A DNA stretch of 64,000 nt from Octopus sinensis (Eukaryota): the NCBI RefSeq assembly GCF_006345805.1, contig NC_043001.1:127038001-127102000 (forward strand), in the 5' to 3' direction. This document shows, piece by piece, positions 12,565-28,184 of this stretch. Positions within the stretch are counted from its first letter, which is position 1, and each line of letters begins with the position of its first letter. The position numbers and the translations under genes are program-made. The notes under the pieces are model-generated. The model had not been told where the DNA came from. It made no database searches and saw only the letters and a program-made list of their open reading frames with translations.

Positions 12565-12976
12565 AATATAAGTAAATATAAAGATCTTGCAATAGAAATC
12601 AGCAAAATGTGGAACCAGAAGACTAAAAACAATACCTGTTGTCATAGGTGCACTGGGAATGATAGCAAAAGGGGCTGATCGCTACCTAACTCAGATACCA
12701 GGAAACCCCAAAATGGCAGAAATTCAAAAGTTAGTGCTGATGGAAACTGTTCATATCTTACGCAAAATACTTTCTATGTAATCTCAAGTTTTAAAACAAA
12801 CATAACTTTCGCTTTTTTTTTTGTTGACATTCACTAGTACAACACTAAATACAAAACCAAATATATGGCACACTAGGCATAACAACATCACGAACTTCCA
12901 ACCTGTTGTCTCTTGAGGTCTCTGGGTGAGACTTGGGGCCAACTTGTACAAATATAAAGCAAAAGTCAAACATAGA
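12565..12976 (+). mobile_element. R4/Dong-like 3' end (REL C-terminus and 3' UTR) within (AAT)n
   Basis: SKYKDLAIEISKMW..IPVVIGALG..EIQKLVLM..HILRKILS*, with (AAT)n on both sides. Confidence 0.85.
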
Positions 12977-12992
12977 ATAATAATAATAATAA

Positions 12993-13023
<31 letters not shown>

Positions 13024-13365
13024 AAGAAGAATGATTATCATCATCATGTGACGGTGATAGTCGTAACGATACGGTTGATGGTTCCTCGTGTTGTTGCTGA
13101 CTCTTCTGCTTGTCAGTAGGTGGGGAAAAAACCCAATACGCTGTTTCTTTTAAATGCTGAGTTAATATTCATCAATGCACCAATGATCCACTACTCTTCT
13201 ACGATGCTCCCGTGAGGAAGTAGGAATGGCACGCTATCGCTTTGATATAACAGGAAAGTTACATAAAGTCCATGCATGCCCTCGTCCTATAACTACATCG
13301 ATTTGATCCCAATCGACGTTCTAGCTTAGTGGTTCTCCATCGGGGTCCATATGACCCTTGGGGAT

Positions 13366-13410
<45 letters not shown>

Positions 13411-13590
13411 CTCCGCGAATTCAACATTCTCTTTTTATCCACAATAGAGACGAACATCATTCCTCTATGTGGTTGGGTTGAAAAATTAAGATATTAAGAT
13501 ATTTTCCTCAACATGAAACCGATGGTAGCCTTTATACACAAATAAAAAGTTCTATCCACCAATGCGGTGTTGAAAATCGTTCGACATTTA

Positions 13591-13633
<43 letters not shown>

Positions 13634-14074
13634 TCTAGATTGTCAGATAAATGCATTCGTATTGGAATTTACTCGAAAAATATTTTTATCGTAGATTTTT
13701 AATTAATATACTTTACTTTTTATTTACCGTGTTTGAAATTTGAAGATCAATTCTCTCTTTTCAGCCATATGATCACGATGTGCAAAATTTTAAAAAAATT
13801 ATAGTTTCGATACTTGATTCCCTTCGCTTTCAGTCAAGCTCGAGGCATTTGTGCTACCACCTATGGGAAGGGGCTTTTGGTGAAAAACAAAAAAAGAAAC
13901 AAAACATAAAAAGTGTTCAGCTTTTAGGGATGGGAAATTTAACCTCACCCTCTTCGCGTTCCGGCCAACCTGTACAATTTAACAAAGTTCGATTTAGCTG
14001 GACCAATGCTGGGATGCTCTGAGGATGCCGTTGCCCATCATGCCCATTCGATGGATAAGATCTAAAAACTCGAC

Positions 14075-14310
14075 AGCGCAATGCTGCTACACGACAACTC
14101 TCGTCGACACTAATTTGCCAAAAATTGCTTATTAGGAGCTGAGTTGTTAAGTTCTACCGTACCTTACTTATACTCCTGATATAGCATCTTCAGGTTATTA
14201 CTCATTTCGCTCGCTCTCTACAAACTGTGAAGTGTTTCATTCAACAAGGACATGGAGCTAAAAACGTAACTCGAAGAACTCTTCGAGTCATGACCCGGTG
14301 AATTTATCTG
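14075..14310 (+). mobile_element. Degenerate mariner transposase C-terminal fragment
   Basis: LLHDNSRRH...YTPDIASSGYYSFRSL, compared with mariner HDNARPH/YSPDLAPSDY. Confidence 0.65.
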
Positions 14311-14374
14311 AGAACCCAAAACATATACATACATATACAATTGTATGATTGTATATATGCATGTGTGTGTGAAA

Positions 14375-14430
<56 letters not shown>

Positions 14431-14523
14431 TATATACAGATAAGAAAAGAAATAGAGCAACAATTAACAATTAGAAGTTCATCATTGGCATTCAAAGGAC
14501 ATAGTTTAAATGTAGTTCAAGAA

Positions 14524-14602
14524 CATTTACAGCTGTTTCAGTTTGTTATTTCGAAGTAGATTTGCATTTATCTCGTTCCATTGAACAAAAATCGTCAGAA
14601 TG
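14524..14602 (-). ncRNA. Type I hammerhead ribozyme
   Basis: cauu-CUGACGA-uuuuuguu...aacaaacu-GAAA-cagcug-UA-aaug, inside a (TA)n-flanked element at about 14437-15090. Confidence 0.8.
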
Positions 14603-15087
14603 ATTTAGAGTTTATCGGAGGAATATAGATGGAAATTAAAAGAAAAAGGATAAAAAGTTCGTTAAGTCTTTAGGTTTACATTTTTGTGCCGTTTTGGGGT
14701 TCCACTTGCGTGTACGTTTCTTCAATTAATTCCAAAATAAAATTCAAAAATAAATGATTCCATAAATTCCAAAATTAAATTTTGGCTTTATGGAGGCTCA
14801 AAGTTGGGAACAAAAACAGGACAGTGGAGACGTACAAGGAAACTGAGCGAAAACAAACATTGAAAGTCATTAGACCGAATTTATGAGAGCGACTGTCTTT
14901 GAAAACTTATATTGTCGTTGAATGCTCGAAATGAGGAATAGATATAAAGCTGACAACTGATGAAGGGTGGTTCTCTATGTTTACTTGTCCCGTTTTTCCA
15001 TTTTTTCTCTCGTTGTTTGCGTATTGAACTCATTTGTTTTCGTACTTCATGTTGTTTACACAGTTGGTGAGATCCTGTACCCCTATA

Positions 15088-15133
<46 letters not shown>

Positions 15134-15197
15134 TATTTATATATATACTTATATGCATACATATATATGTATATATATATATGTATATATATGTATG

Positions 15198-15228
<31 letters not shown>

Positions 15229-15630
15229 GTATATATGTTTGTGTGTGTGTGTATGTATGTATACATATCCGTGTATATATGTATATATATATACATGTAT
15301 GTATATTATATATAAGTGCGTGTGAGTGCGCACGCGCACATGTTTGCGTGTTTATTTTTATTGATTTCTTGAGAATGGAAGTACCGACCCATTACTTTAA
15401 CATGCTCTCGGTGACTGAATAGATAGACTCATTCATTCATTTTTTTAACAGATGCAAGTAAATATGAAGAACTGGTGTGGAATTCCGTAGGTTTAACGAC
15501 ATGGAGAGAAAGGATTGGCTTGAGGTGTGTTTAGTGCATAACCTAATAGAAGAGAGGATATAAAAATGATGACGAGAGGAGGTGAGACGAATGTTTTCCG
15601 GTGGGTTTATGTAGGTGGTATGTTAGCAAA

Positions 15631-15861
15631 GGCGGCGAACTGGCAGAAACGTTAGCACGCCGGGCGAAATGCTTAGCGGTATTTCGTCTGCGTTACGTTA
15701 TGAGTTCAAATTCCGCCGAGGTCGACTTTGCCTTTTATCCTTTCGGGGTCGATAAATTAAGTACCAGTTACGCACTAGGGTCGATGTAATCGACTTAATA
15801 CCTCTGTCTGTCCTTGTTTGTCCCCTCTATGTTTAGCCCCTTGTGGGTAATAAAGAAATAG
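15631..15861 (+). mobile_element. SINE family A, full length
   Basis: Matches 1147-1377, with an imperfect TSD tat(g/a)ttagca. Confidence 0.9.
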
Positions 15862-16040
15862 ATATATTAGCAGAGTGCGCACGTGCACTCCCGTGTCTTT
15901 CTGTCTGTCAATATCCATGAATACATTAGGGCTGCGCACGCCGAGGGAAATGCTTAGAGCCATTCCGTCCGCCTTTAGATGAGTTCAAATTTTGCCGTAG
16001 TTGACTTTGCTTTTTTATCCTTTCAGTCGATAAAATAAAA

Positions 16041-16270
16041 TTTCTTTATTACCCACAAGGGGCCAAACACAGAGGGGACAAACATGGACCAACATAGGTA
16101 TTAAGTCGATTACATCGACCCCAGTGCGTAATTGGTACTTAATTTATCGACCCCGAAAGGATGAAAGGCAAAGTCGACTTCGGCGGAATTTGAACTCACA
16201 ACGTAACGGCAGCCGAAATACTGCTAAGCATTTCGCCCGACGTGCTAACGATTCTGCCAGCTCGCTCGCC
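16041..16270 (-). mobile_element. SINE family A nested in an older family A copy (15930-16360, +)
   Basis: TSD gataaaataa at 16029-16038 and 16271-16280. Confidence 0.85.
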
Positions 16271-16705
16271 GATAAAATAAGTACAAGTTGAACACTAGAA
16301 CCGATGTAATTAAAATACCCCCTCGTCCGAAATTGCTGGTTTTGTGCTAAAATTTGAAGTCAATATATGTGAATACAATATTTCTCTTTGAGATGACTGT
16401 GACAGATTCTTTGGCGGCTTAGCCACGAAAATACTGGTGGTAGCCTCTCATTTTTATGTGAATAATTTTAGGGAAAAAGTTATTTATGATGAAAACGTAT
16501 AAAACTTAAAAGAATTTCTGAAGCCTCTGGTCAGTTTTTATTACTAATCTCTCAGTCTCTCGCTTTCTCTTTTTCTCACTCTTTCTTTCACTCCCCCTTT
16601 CTTTATTTTTTAAGTTTCTCAATCTAGTTTTTCTTAGAAAATCTTTTCCTTTTTTGATATTCTAGATTCAGTGAACATTTTTTATCTTCTCTCTCTCCCT
16701 CCCTC

Positions 16706-16744
<39 letters not shown>

Positions 16745-17530
16745 AAATATTTACATGTGTGTGTGTGTGTGTGTGTGTATGTGTGTGTGTGAATTCTTTT
16801 TTGTTTACTCCCCCTTTTTACATTTAAAGTTTCTCAATCTTTTTCACTTTATCCCTTTTTTTCTCTGTTTGCTTTCTCTAGCCGTCTTACACTCTCGCTC
16901 TAACTCTTTCTCTGTCTGTCTCTCTCTCTCTCACACACACACGCACATACACACACACACACGCACATACACACACACAAACACATGCACATTCACATAC
17001 ACACACACACTCCGACGCCTACAAAAGAACATTAGACAATAATTCTGGAAATTATGGTTGGTTGTAACATTCTTCAGCTATTTATCAATTCATTCATGAA
17101 AACATACTTGTCCTTTAATTTCCTGGTTTAAAATTCATGAGGGCCGCAAATCAACTTCAGAAAGAAGCCGTTAATTAAGAAAGAAACAAAAGACAATAGG
17201 AAAAAAAAAACAAAGACAAAAAGCTAGTTGACAATTCTAAATAATGCATTTTTCACTTTTGCTTGTTTATTTAATATTTTCTTCTTCTTTATAATAAAGC
17301 CTGTTAAATCTGACTACCGTATGTCATTCTTCATATCCTTATTTTGAATGAAATGATGAATAAATGTTTGAAACGCAAAAATAAGACATTTCTGAAAAGT
17401 GACCAGGCAAGGAGACATTCACAATAACCAAAACAAAAACAAAACACAAAGGAAAAGGTCAGAAACAAATAACTTTAATGAAAACGACCATATGTATATA
17501 TATATATACATATATATATACACATATATT

Positions 17531-17640
<110 letters not shown>

Positions 17641-18489
17641 TATAGTGTGATTGTTGTGGTTATTGTAGTTGTGGTTGTCGTGGGAGAAGGAGATAATTTA
17701 ATTAACCAGACTTGTGGTGAAGTCACACTTCCGATTGACATCTAATTTCGTCAGTCAGAGGTTCGAAATATGTTACAGACACGGAATTGTGCAATAAGAT
17801 AAATCTAAGACGAAACAAAGTGAATTCTCACTGCCACATGATTTTGAGCCCGACGCTCTAACCAATGAGCCATGTGGCCGCATTAACTTGTGAGTACGTG
17901 AAAAAAGTAGATGAAAAAAGTTCCTTCCCTAAGCATAGGCTCACTTGGCCAGTTTCCCCAGTTACTGTTGCCTATATATTCCCCAGTTACTGTTGCCCTT
18001 ATATTCCCCTGCTGAAAAGGATGCCGGTTTGCCACAGGAGCATTCGTTTTAGCTAGCTGAGGGGACTGAAGCGGCGTTAAATGAATTGTTTTGCTCAAGA
18101 ACAAAAAACATCACCAGGGCCAGGAATCGAAACCACAATTTTATCATTCTGAGAGTAACACCTTAAAAATCATACCAGGCGCCTCCAGTGTAGATAGACA
18201 GATGCCACAAAAATGCAAGTACAGTGCCTTGGGGAAAGGAATGGAGTCAGAAATACATGACTCATGATGGCAGGGTTTTGTTATATTGGGCCGTAAGGAG
18301 ATATACGTCCTCCCATATGGGCTGGAAGGTGTGTAAGTCTCTCTAGCAACCTGACTAGCGCCTATGGCACAGCACATGAGCACAACACTTCAAATGAGGT
18401 CGTTTGACCACCACTCACACACACTCAAAAAAACACACACATACACGCGCACTCATGCAGAAGCGGTGTGAATGGTTGAAATACATATT

Positions 18490-18680
18490 TGTTCCTTGTT
18501 CTCTAAACACTGGTAAATGGAGCATTTCCGACCACCGGCCGAGTATACGTGTGGAGACAGCCAAAAGAAGCATTTGACCCAGACTCAGGCTACCTTCTTC
18601 CAACTGTTAAACGTAGAGGAGGATCTGTGATGATCTGTGGGGTGCTATATCTTGGAAATCCGCCGGCCATGATTTCCCAC
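18490..18680 (+). mobile_element. Degenerate Tc1 transposase fragment
   Basis: PTVKRRGGSVMI, compared with Tc1 TVKHGGGSVMVWG. Confidence 0.55.
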
Positions 18681-19755
18681 GGGAATATAGCGTAGTAGTT
18701 AAGAGTGCAGGCTACTAACGCCAAGTTCGAAATTTCCCCAAGACACCTGATGAAAGCTGGAGGGTATATCATCCGAAACGTTGTGTTAACCACAAACAAG
18801 ATAAGGACAAATATTCGTCAAATGTAAACAACGCAAATAATGTACATAATTCCTCATCCCTTAAATACAGAACTATATTATCTAATCGGTACGGAGCCGA
18901 CATTAGACTTTCCATCAAAAACTAGTTCGTCTTTCAAACCATCCAACTTTCCTGTGTAGATGTAGAGACTCAAAGCTAATACCACCTGGTTTGAATATAA
19001 TGCCACTAGTGGATTCATATAAACCTAGAAGAGTAACAGAAAGGGCAGGACATGCCCTCGTCCGTGAGAGGATCTATTACAACCGTTGGAAAAAGCATTA
19101 ACTAAATGAGGAAATCAAAGAGAGGTTATTTTCATTGCTTAATAACCAGAGATGATGATAGAAAAAGAATCTGGTGAAGACAAGCCAGATTAAGAAGTTT
19201 ATGAAACTCAAAAGTCAGAGAATGAAGACTGAAGTCCGACACCCACCTGTGAAAGCAGTAATTAACGTAAGGAGCCGACATCTAGAAAGCTCTGAAGAAG
19301 CAGTACTAAACAAAGGTCTCAACTTTGCGACAACCATCAAGCGTATTCCATACTTGGACATAATAGCCCCTATTGAAGATATAGCCATAAAGATACCAAA
19401 AGCTCAGGGAGATGAACTAAGGTGGAAAGTGAGACAGGTACTAGAAAAAGTGTAATTTCCCAAACCAAATATCACTATGGTACAAAAGTTCACTATCAAA
19501 AGACTACAGAATGACAATTCCATCATAATACTTCCAGCAGACAAGAGAAATGCTTCAGTGGTGATAAGTCTGACTACACAGAAAAATTGCCAAGTCTTAT
19601 GAGTAATGGTAGCTACAGGAAAGAAAAGAAAGACCCAACTCTGAAAACAGAGAGGAAGTTGTCACAGATCTTGATCAAGAACAAGGATCACTTTACATCA
19701 ATGAAGTACAGACAGCTGACTCGACACCACAGCAAACTACCACAAATGTACGGTC
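18681..19755 (+). mobile_element. Penelope-like element 5' part (pLTR plus N-terminal ORF) preceded by a tRNA-like head
   Basis: FLCRCRDSKLIPPGL...EEAVLNKGLNFA...PKPNIT...IIILPADKRNASVV, with an HHR at 18742. Confidence 0.8.
18742..18787 (+). ncRNA. Minimal type I hammerhead ribozyme (helix II mutated)
   Basis: gacac-CUGAUGA-aagcug..caucc-GAAA-CG-UU-guguu. Confidence 0.75.
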
Positions 19756-19837
19756 TATATATGTATATATATTCGCCATGATAGATCGCTAGCCACTACA
19801 CATTCTTTATTTTCTCTCTTTGTTTCTTTCTGTGTTC

Positions 19838-19873
19838 CTTTCTGTGGAAGAGCATAGGCTCGAAACGTTAAAG
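19838..19873 (+). ncRNA. Minimal type I hammerhead-like motif with core variant CUGUGGA
   Basis: cuuu-CUGUGGA-a-gagc auag gcuc-GAAA-CG-UU-aaag, in a short (TA)n-flanked element at 19775-19970. Confidence 0.65.
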
Positions 19874-21085
19874 TCTTTATCGCTTCCCGAGCGTTAAACT
19901 AATACATCTATTTGTTTTCTACACCACCTGTCTTCCTCTTTTGTTGGGTTTTTTTTGTGAATTTTCCCTATTTATATATATACATATATATATATATATG
20001 TGTGTGTATGTATGTATATGTATATGTATATGTATATACACATATGTATACACACATGACGATGTGTGTGTTTATATGCGTGTATATATGTATGTTCATG
20101 TCTGTGTAAGTATTTGTATGTATATTCGAGTGTCTGCGTACGTAAGCGGAGACACGTGTGTCTTTTAAAGTATGAATGTGTACTTACAAGTTTGAATCTG
20201 TACATATGAGTATATCTGACTGCGTGTATGCATAGACAAATACACGCATGAGCGTATATGTTTCTCTAGATGAATGTGGATGTGCACACACACACACATA
20301 TGTATATATTATTATACACACATATGTGTGTATAATAATGTGTGTATGGGTATTGATATGTGCGTGCGTGTATATGTAAGTACATAACTGTGCACTAGCG
20401 TGTTTCTTTGCGCATACTGTGTGTGTGTGTGTGTGTGTGACTGTGTATATACACGCACACACATACACACACACACACACACGCACATACATACATACTC
20501 GTATTCAAACATATGTAGACGTGTGAAAACGGGTCCGCGTGACGACGAGCGTGCGCGAGCACGTGTTTCTGCAGGCGCGTACATTTATATACCTCTGGCT
20601 ACAAGACAATATGTCTAGCTAGCTCTACACAAGAATATTGCCAGCTTGCTGAAGAACAATGCATGGACGATATAAGATAAACGTTTAGGAAAACTATGGA
20701 AAGGGAGATGTTACTAAATTAATTCTGAAATCAAAATACCTTTTCATAGGAGCCTCGGAGTTACATTATTGCCATATTGCAGTTGTATGTTGTTTATATT
20801 GCTGTTGTTGTTCTTCTTTTTGTTGTTGTTGCTGTTGTTGTTGTTGTTGTTGTTGTTATAGCTGGTGTTGCTGTTGTTATTGGTTCTCTATTTTTGTACT
20901 TTTATAGACACAAGTTTTACTTTATAGATATATTTATTATATTTCTCTTTTGTTAATTATCTTTTGTTAATTTTGTGCACTAATAATATATCTTAATTCG
21001 TTTTTATTAGAGACTTACTGCTGTTGTACATTATATGTGTGTGTGTGTGTGTATTTATGTGTATGTGTGCATGCATATATATGTG

Positions 21086-21123
<38 letters not shown>

Positions 21124-21266
21124 CACATATATATGCATGCACACACACACATATATATATATATAGTTATACATATATACATACATACACACACACATAT
21201 ACACACACATATATATACACATACATACATATATATATACATATATACATGTATATATATACACAC

Positions 21267-21299
<33 letters not shown>

Positions 21300-22139
21300 T
21301 TGTACATCTGTCATCCTTTTTTTCTTTTTTGGTGAGGTGGGGTAAGGGATTTTACAATTCCTAAACATGCAATTCAGATCCTAATCTTTCTGTATTTGCG
21401 TTTTTTGAAGCAATTAATGTTTTCCTTTTAATTGCCATTTCGAATACAGGTAACAAAAATATAGATAAATAAGACAAACTAATGGAGAAAGCGAAAAAAG
21501 CGAATTGTGTTAGAGGTGGCGGAGGAGGTGTCGATGACTACTACAATAGGGATATTGCTTGTGATAATAGTGACGATGAGTGGATAACGGTAATATCATA
21601 ATGAGGAGGAGGAGGAGGAGGAGGAGGACAATAATGAGATGCTGATGGTGAGGATGGTGATGACGACGACGACAACGTGGACGATGATGATGATGATAAA
21701 ATGGTGAAGTTGACGATGGTAACGATAATGATGATGATGATGATGATGATGAATTTACCGATCAAAAGAGTGATACTACTGTCAATGTTAAAACTGCAGA
21801 TGTGATATTACGAAGATAAAAAAAAGTTCTAGAGCCAAAACTATGGGAGTGGAATCAAAGAAATTCACAAATCTGCTAGTTATGAGATTCATCAAATTAT
21901 ATATTATCCTTAGATAATATATATATATATCTACGCATACGCACGCCCGCGAGCGCACACATACACACACACCTTATATATTCAATGTGTAAGTCCTTTT
22001 TTATTTTGTTTTTATTATATTTGTGTTGGATGAGCTGTCGATGCACACTCCCAACTGTGTACATGTATTCATCTAAAGTTTCTCAGATGGAGAATCTTTG
22101 GAATAACTTACAGATCTTCACTGCCCTACAAATAGATTG

Positions 22140-22376
22140 GGATCTTTTCGGTTTGAACGGCACAGAATGTTTTCACCTCAATAGACGTCTTTGATTGGTT
22201 GAAATTGCAGAAATTGAAGAAAACAACAACAAATATCTTAAAAACTATAGAATTTTCTCAATAAAGTCAAGAGAAAAAGATGTTTTATAAACACATTCTA
22301 CCAGTATATGAAGTTTAAAAGTGTTTAGTTACGTGGGGATTATTTTAAAAAACTGCCGGTCAAACCGAAAAGATCC
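22140..22376. mobile_element. MITE with ~23-bp terminal inverted repeats
   Basis: ggatcttttcggtttgaacggca ... tgccggtcaaaccgaaaagatcc. Confidence 0.8.
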
Positions 22377-22861
22377 ATGGATTGTATATGAAGAAACCAC
22401 GTCAGTTTCTTTTGCTCCTTCTTAGGAAAAGCTAGTATTTCTAGGTTTTGTGTAAATTTGTAGGCACATAGCTTAATATACCAATGATGATGGTTAGTAG
22501 AAATGAGAATTTATAGTCAAGATACAAGAGCTGTATGTTCCACATAAATTCACCATAAATGTTCCCTTTTTCCGTTGGGCACCCAGCCCCTACAATACTG
22601 CATGACTTTTTTCCCTGTCCCACAGAACAATATTAGGCTTGTTATGTTTGCACCGAATTGATGTCTTTATTGAATTGTTCCATTAGTATTCCTTGTTGTT
22701 AGAGTGTGGGTACATCCTGGTTCTGATATGTCTTTGATATATACGTCAGAGGAATACTTTCTACGAGTGGTTTGCTCGAAGGAGATATTTATGAAATGTT
22801 GCATTACACTTGAATACTGTGCTGATGTCATATGAGAATCCAGGTTCGAAATTTCCCCCAA

Positions 22862-22907
22862 GATACCTGATGAAAGCTGGAGGGTATATCAGCTGAATCG
22901 TTGTGTT
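22862..22907 (+). ncRNA. Minimal hammerhead ribozyme, second copy of the 18742 family (GAAA changed to GAAT)
   Basis: Helix II agcug/cagcu is intact. Flanks 22840-22958 match 18721-18845. Confidence 0.65.
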
Positions 22908-23170
22908 AACAACAAACAAGATGAGTACAAATATCCGTCAAATGTAAATAATGTAAATATTTAATGAATTTTCATTAAAAATACTCTACTTTATTAAGCG
23001 TCTAGTAAGATAAACAGTGCCATTATCATGCTGAAATATGACTGTTAATGTCACGATAATATTTGATTTCATGATACAGAGTTTATTAAAATATATGTGC
23101 ATATATACCTCTAAATATACTGAAATAATGTGTTCTATAGGTACATGTATTGAAAAAATATCCGTATGAA

Positions 23171-23226
23171 ATTCGAAACTTTGAGTTCTCCAAGTTTCAT
23201 ATGATTCACACAATCATCAGAGGAAT
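23171..23226 (-). ncRNA. Degenerate type I hammerhead
   Basis: CUGAUGA-uugug ugaau cauau-GAAA-cuuggag aa cucaaag-UU. The two core-proximal pairs of helix I are mismatched. Confidence 0.45.
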
Positions 23227-23355
23227 GATGTTTTGTATTAATACGGACTGAATTTTTGATAGCAGATCTATTTATTTTTCTTATATGAAGCAAAGCATTA
23301 TAACACTAATGAACCGACCAAATAGAAATATATTTAGTGATATAGAAGTATATAT

Positions 23356-24244
23356 GGTCTGATCAATAAGTATCCGGACTGTTGCCATAGTAACGAAGCT
23401 AAAGCACGTAGAGTAAAGCCGCTAGAAACAGATTGACTTTGAAGTCTGTTATGCGTGTGCACTAAGTATTAAGGTTCTAGCTTACTTCCCCTGTTTACAA
23501 CAGCGATTGAGAGGGATGTGCGTAGCGTGTGATCGTCGCATTAACCATGACAGAGAAAGTTGAGCAGAGAATCTACATCAAACTTTGCCAAAAGCTTGGC
23601 GATACCTGCTCAGAAGCCTACGCAAAGTTTTCAAAAAGTTTTCATCGTTCTCGACACAATCAAAGAGATCTTGTGCAGCTGAAACCCGAGTACCTTTTTG
23701 GTCAGTTGAAAGCAGTTTTGGCACAAACTTGGCAGATACGCGTCTCGTACCCAAAACTTTTGTGATAATGGACTGAACTGAATCGTAACTAATCTTCACA
23801 TCTTCCGATAACTCATGGATGGTGATTCAACGATTTCCTCTCACGGCTACATGCACATCTGCGATGTTTTCCTCAGTTCTGCTGGTTATGTGTCTCCCAG
23901 AACGTTCATCAATATCGATATTTTTTAGGCTATCTTGAAAGTGTCTGAACCACTCGTACACTTGTGTGCGGCTCATACACTCCTCTTCAAACACTTTCTG
24001 CAACTTTGCGCAGGCCTCTGAGCATGTATAGCCATGACAACTTTCTCTGTCATGGTCAATACGACGGTCATACGCTACACACCTTCCTTCCAAGCACTAC
24101 TGTAAACAGCAGAAGTGGGATATAATGTTAAAACTTTGTGTACATGCACAACAGAGTGCAAGGTCAATCATTGCCAAGCAGCTTTACTCTGTGTGCGTTA
24201 GCTTCGTTACTATAGCAACAGTCCGGATACTTATTGATCAGACC
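23356..24244. mobile_element. Mariner-derived non-autonomous element made of two inverted 5' ends
   Basis: TIR ggtctgatcaataagtatccggactgttg at both ends with TA context. Transposase N-terminus on both strands (EQRIYIKLCQKLG; SRTQVYEWF..ERSGR; VSAKFVPKLL). Confidence 0.9.
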
Positions 24245-24758
24245 TAGTATTTACTTTTCTTCGGGTAAGAAGTTCTCTCCGAAAGCATGTTGTTTCGGGT
24301 TCAGTCCTACTGCACAGTACCTTGGACGAGTGTCTTCTTTCTCCGGGGGTCAATCAGTTAGTAGACAGAAACTGTATGGAAACCGGTATGTATGTATGCA
24401 TGTATGCATGCATGTATGTATGTATGTATGTATGTATGTATGTATGTATGTATGTATGTATGTATTATGTATGTATGCATGCATGTAAGTATGTATTATA
24501 TGTTCGAGTTGCTGTGCTTATCCCCCAATCGCTTAAAAATGGGTATTGGTTTGTTTGCGTCCGTATGATGGTTTGCTAAGAGATCGACAGAATAATAAGA
24601 CTAGTAGAGTGAATGCGATCGGGTAAACTCTACAAGTCGATACTCTAACATGGCCGCGGTCCAATGTTTAAAATAAGTAAATTCAATGAAAGAGTTACTG
24701 CATATGCATACAGTGTGTGTATATATGTATATATATAATATATATATATATATATATT

Positions 24759-25071
24759 GTGAAGGCTCATGCCTTAGTGATTAGAGCGTCGGGCTCCAAT
24801 CATGAGGTAGTGAGTACCATTCCTCGAGCTAGACACTTTATTTCGCATTCCTCCAGTTCACTCAGCTGTAGAAATGAGTTGCAACGTCGCTGGTACCAAG
24901 CTCTGTCAGCCTTTGTTTTCTCCTTGGATAACAGCGGTGGCGTGGAGAAGGGAGGCTGGTGTGCATACATGACTGCTGGTCTTCCATAAAGAACCTTGCC
25001 CGAACTTGTACCTTGGAGGGGAAGTTTCTATGTGCAATCCCATGGTCATTCATGGCCGAAGGGGGTCTTTA
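24759..25071 (+). mobile_element. tRNA-derived SINE family D, tail type 3
   Basis: Head and core (gacactttatttc..ctccagt.cactcag..aaatgagttg) are shared with 57250-57570. Confidence 0.7.
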
Positions 25072-25246
25072 CTTATCTATATCCATACAAACATATATGA
25101 GTTTATATAAATATATGTAGATATATGTGATATATATGCGTGTTGTTTTTATGCGTACCCACATTTAGTGAGAGAGGCATATATGTATATAGATACAAGT
25201 GCAAAAATAATTACAGAAATATTAACACAAACATAGGTAGATAGAC

Positions 25247-25359
<113 letters not shown>

Positions 25360-25530
25360 CATTAAGTTACGTGTATATACACATACACACATGTATATAT
25401 ATGTTTAAATGTTCATATATTTAGGCATGACGTAAATCCACACACATGTACTCGTAATGTTGCATATATGTGTCTGCGCGTGTCCGTGTCTGTGCAAATA
25501 TATATGTATGTATTTTTAGACTCACAAATG

Positions 25531-25580
<50 letters not shown>

Positions 25581-25591
25581 ATATATATATT

Positions 25592-27881
<2,290 letters not shown>

Positions 27882-28184
27882 AAATTATATGGAGAGATTT
27901 ATAGTTAGAGAAATGAGAGAAATGAAAAATTCGTTATAATATATCGGATATATGTGTATTTACCATTCTCATCCATCAATATAGTTCTACCTGCAAATAC
28001 AGGGTGTTTTATAAGGAAGGGATGCATTTTAAACGCAAGTAACTAGATCTGGAACAAGCATGTTTGTTACAAATGGTTTAGTAATATCTCGAATAAAAAG
28101 CGGTCCATACTTGTGAGAAATTTTGTATATCTATCAATTTACTATACATACATACATATAGACAGACAGACAGACAGACATAAT

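Noticed and set aside
11457-12678. Long ORFs rich in YI/CV/HT/YVCM, here and throughout the ORF track
   Set aside because: They are translations of microsatellites with no protein-like content.
13460-13532. GAAA-ccgaugg-UA half hammerhead
   Set aside because: No recognisable CUGANGA or helix I partner.
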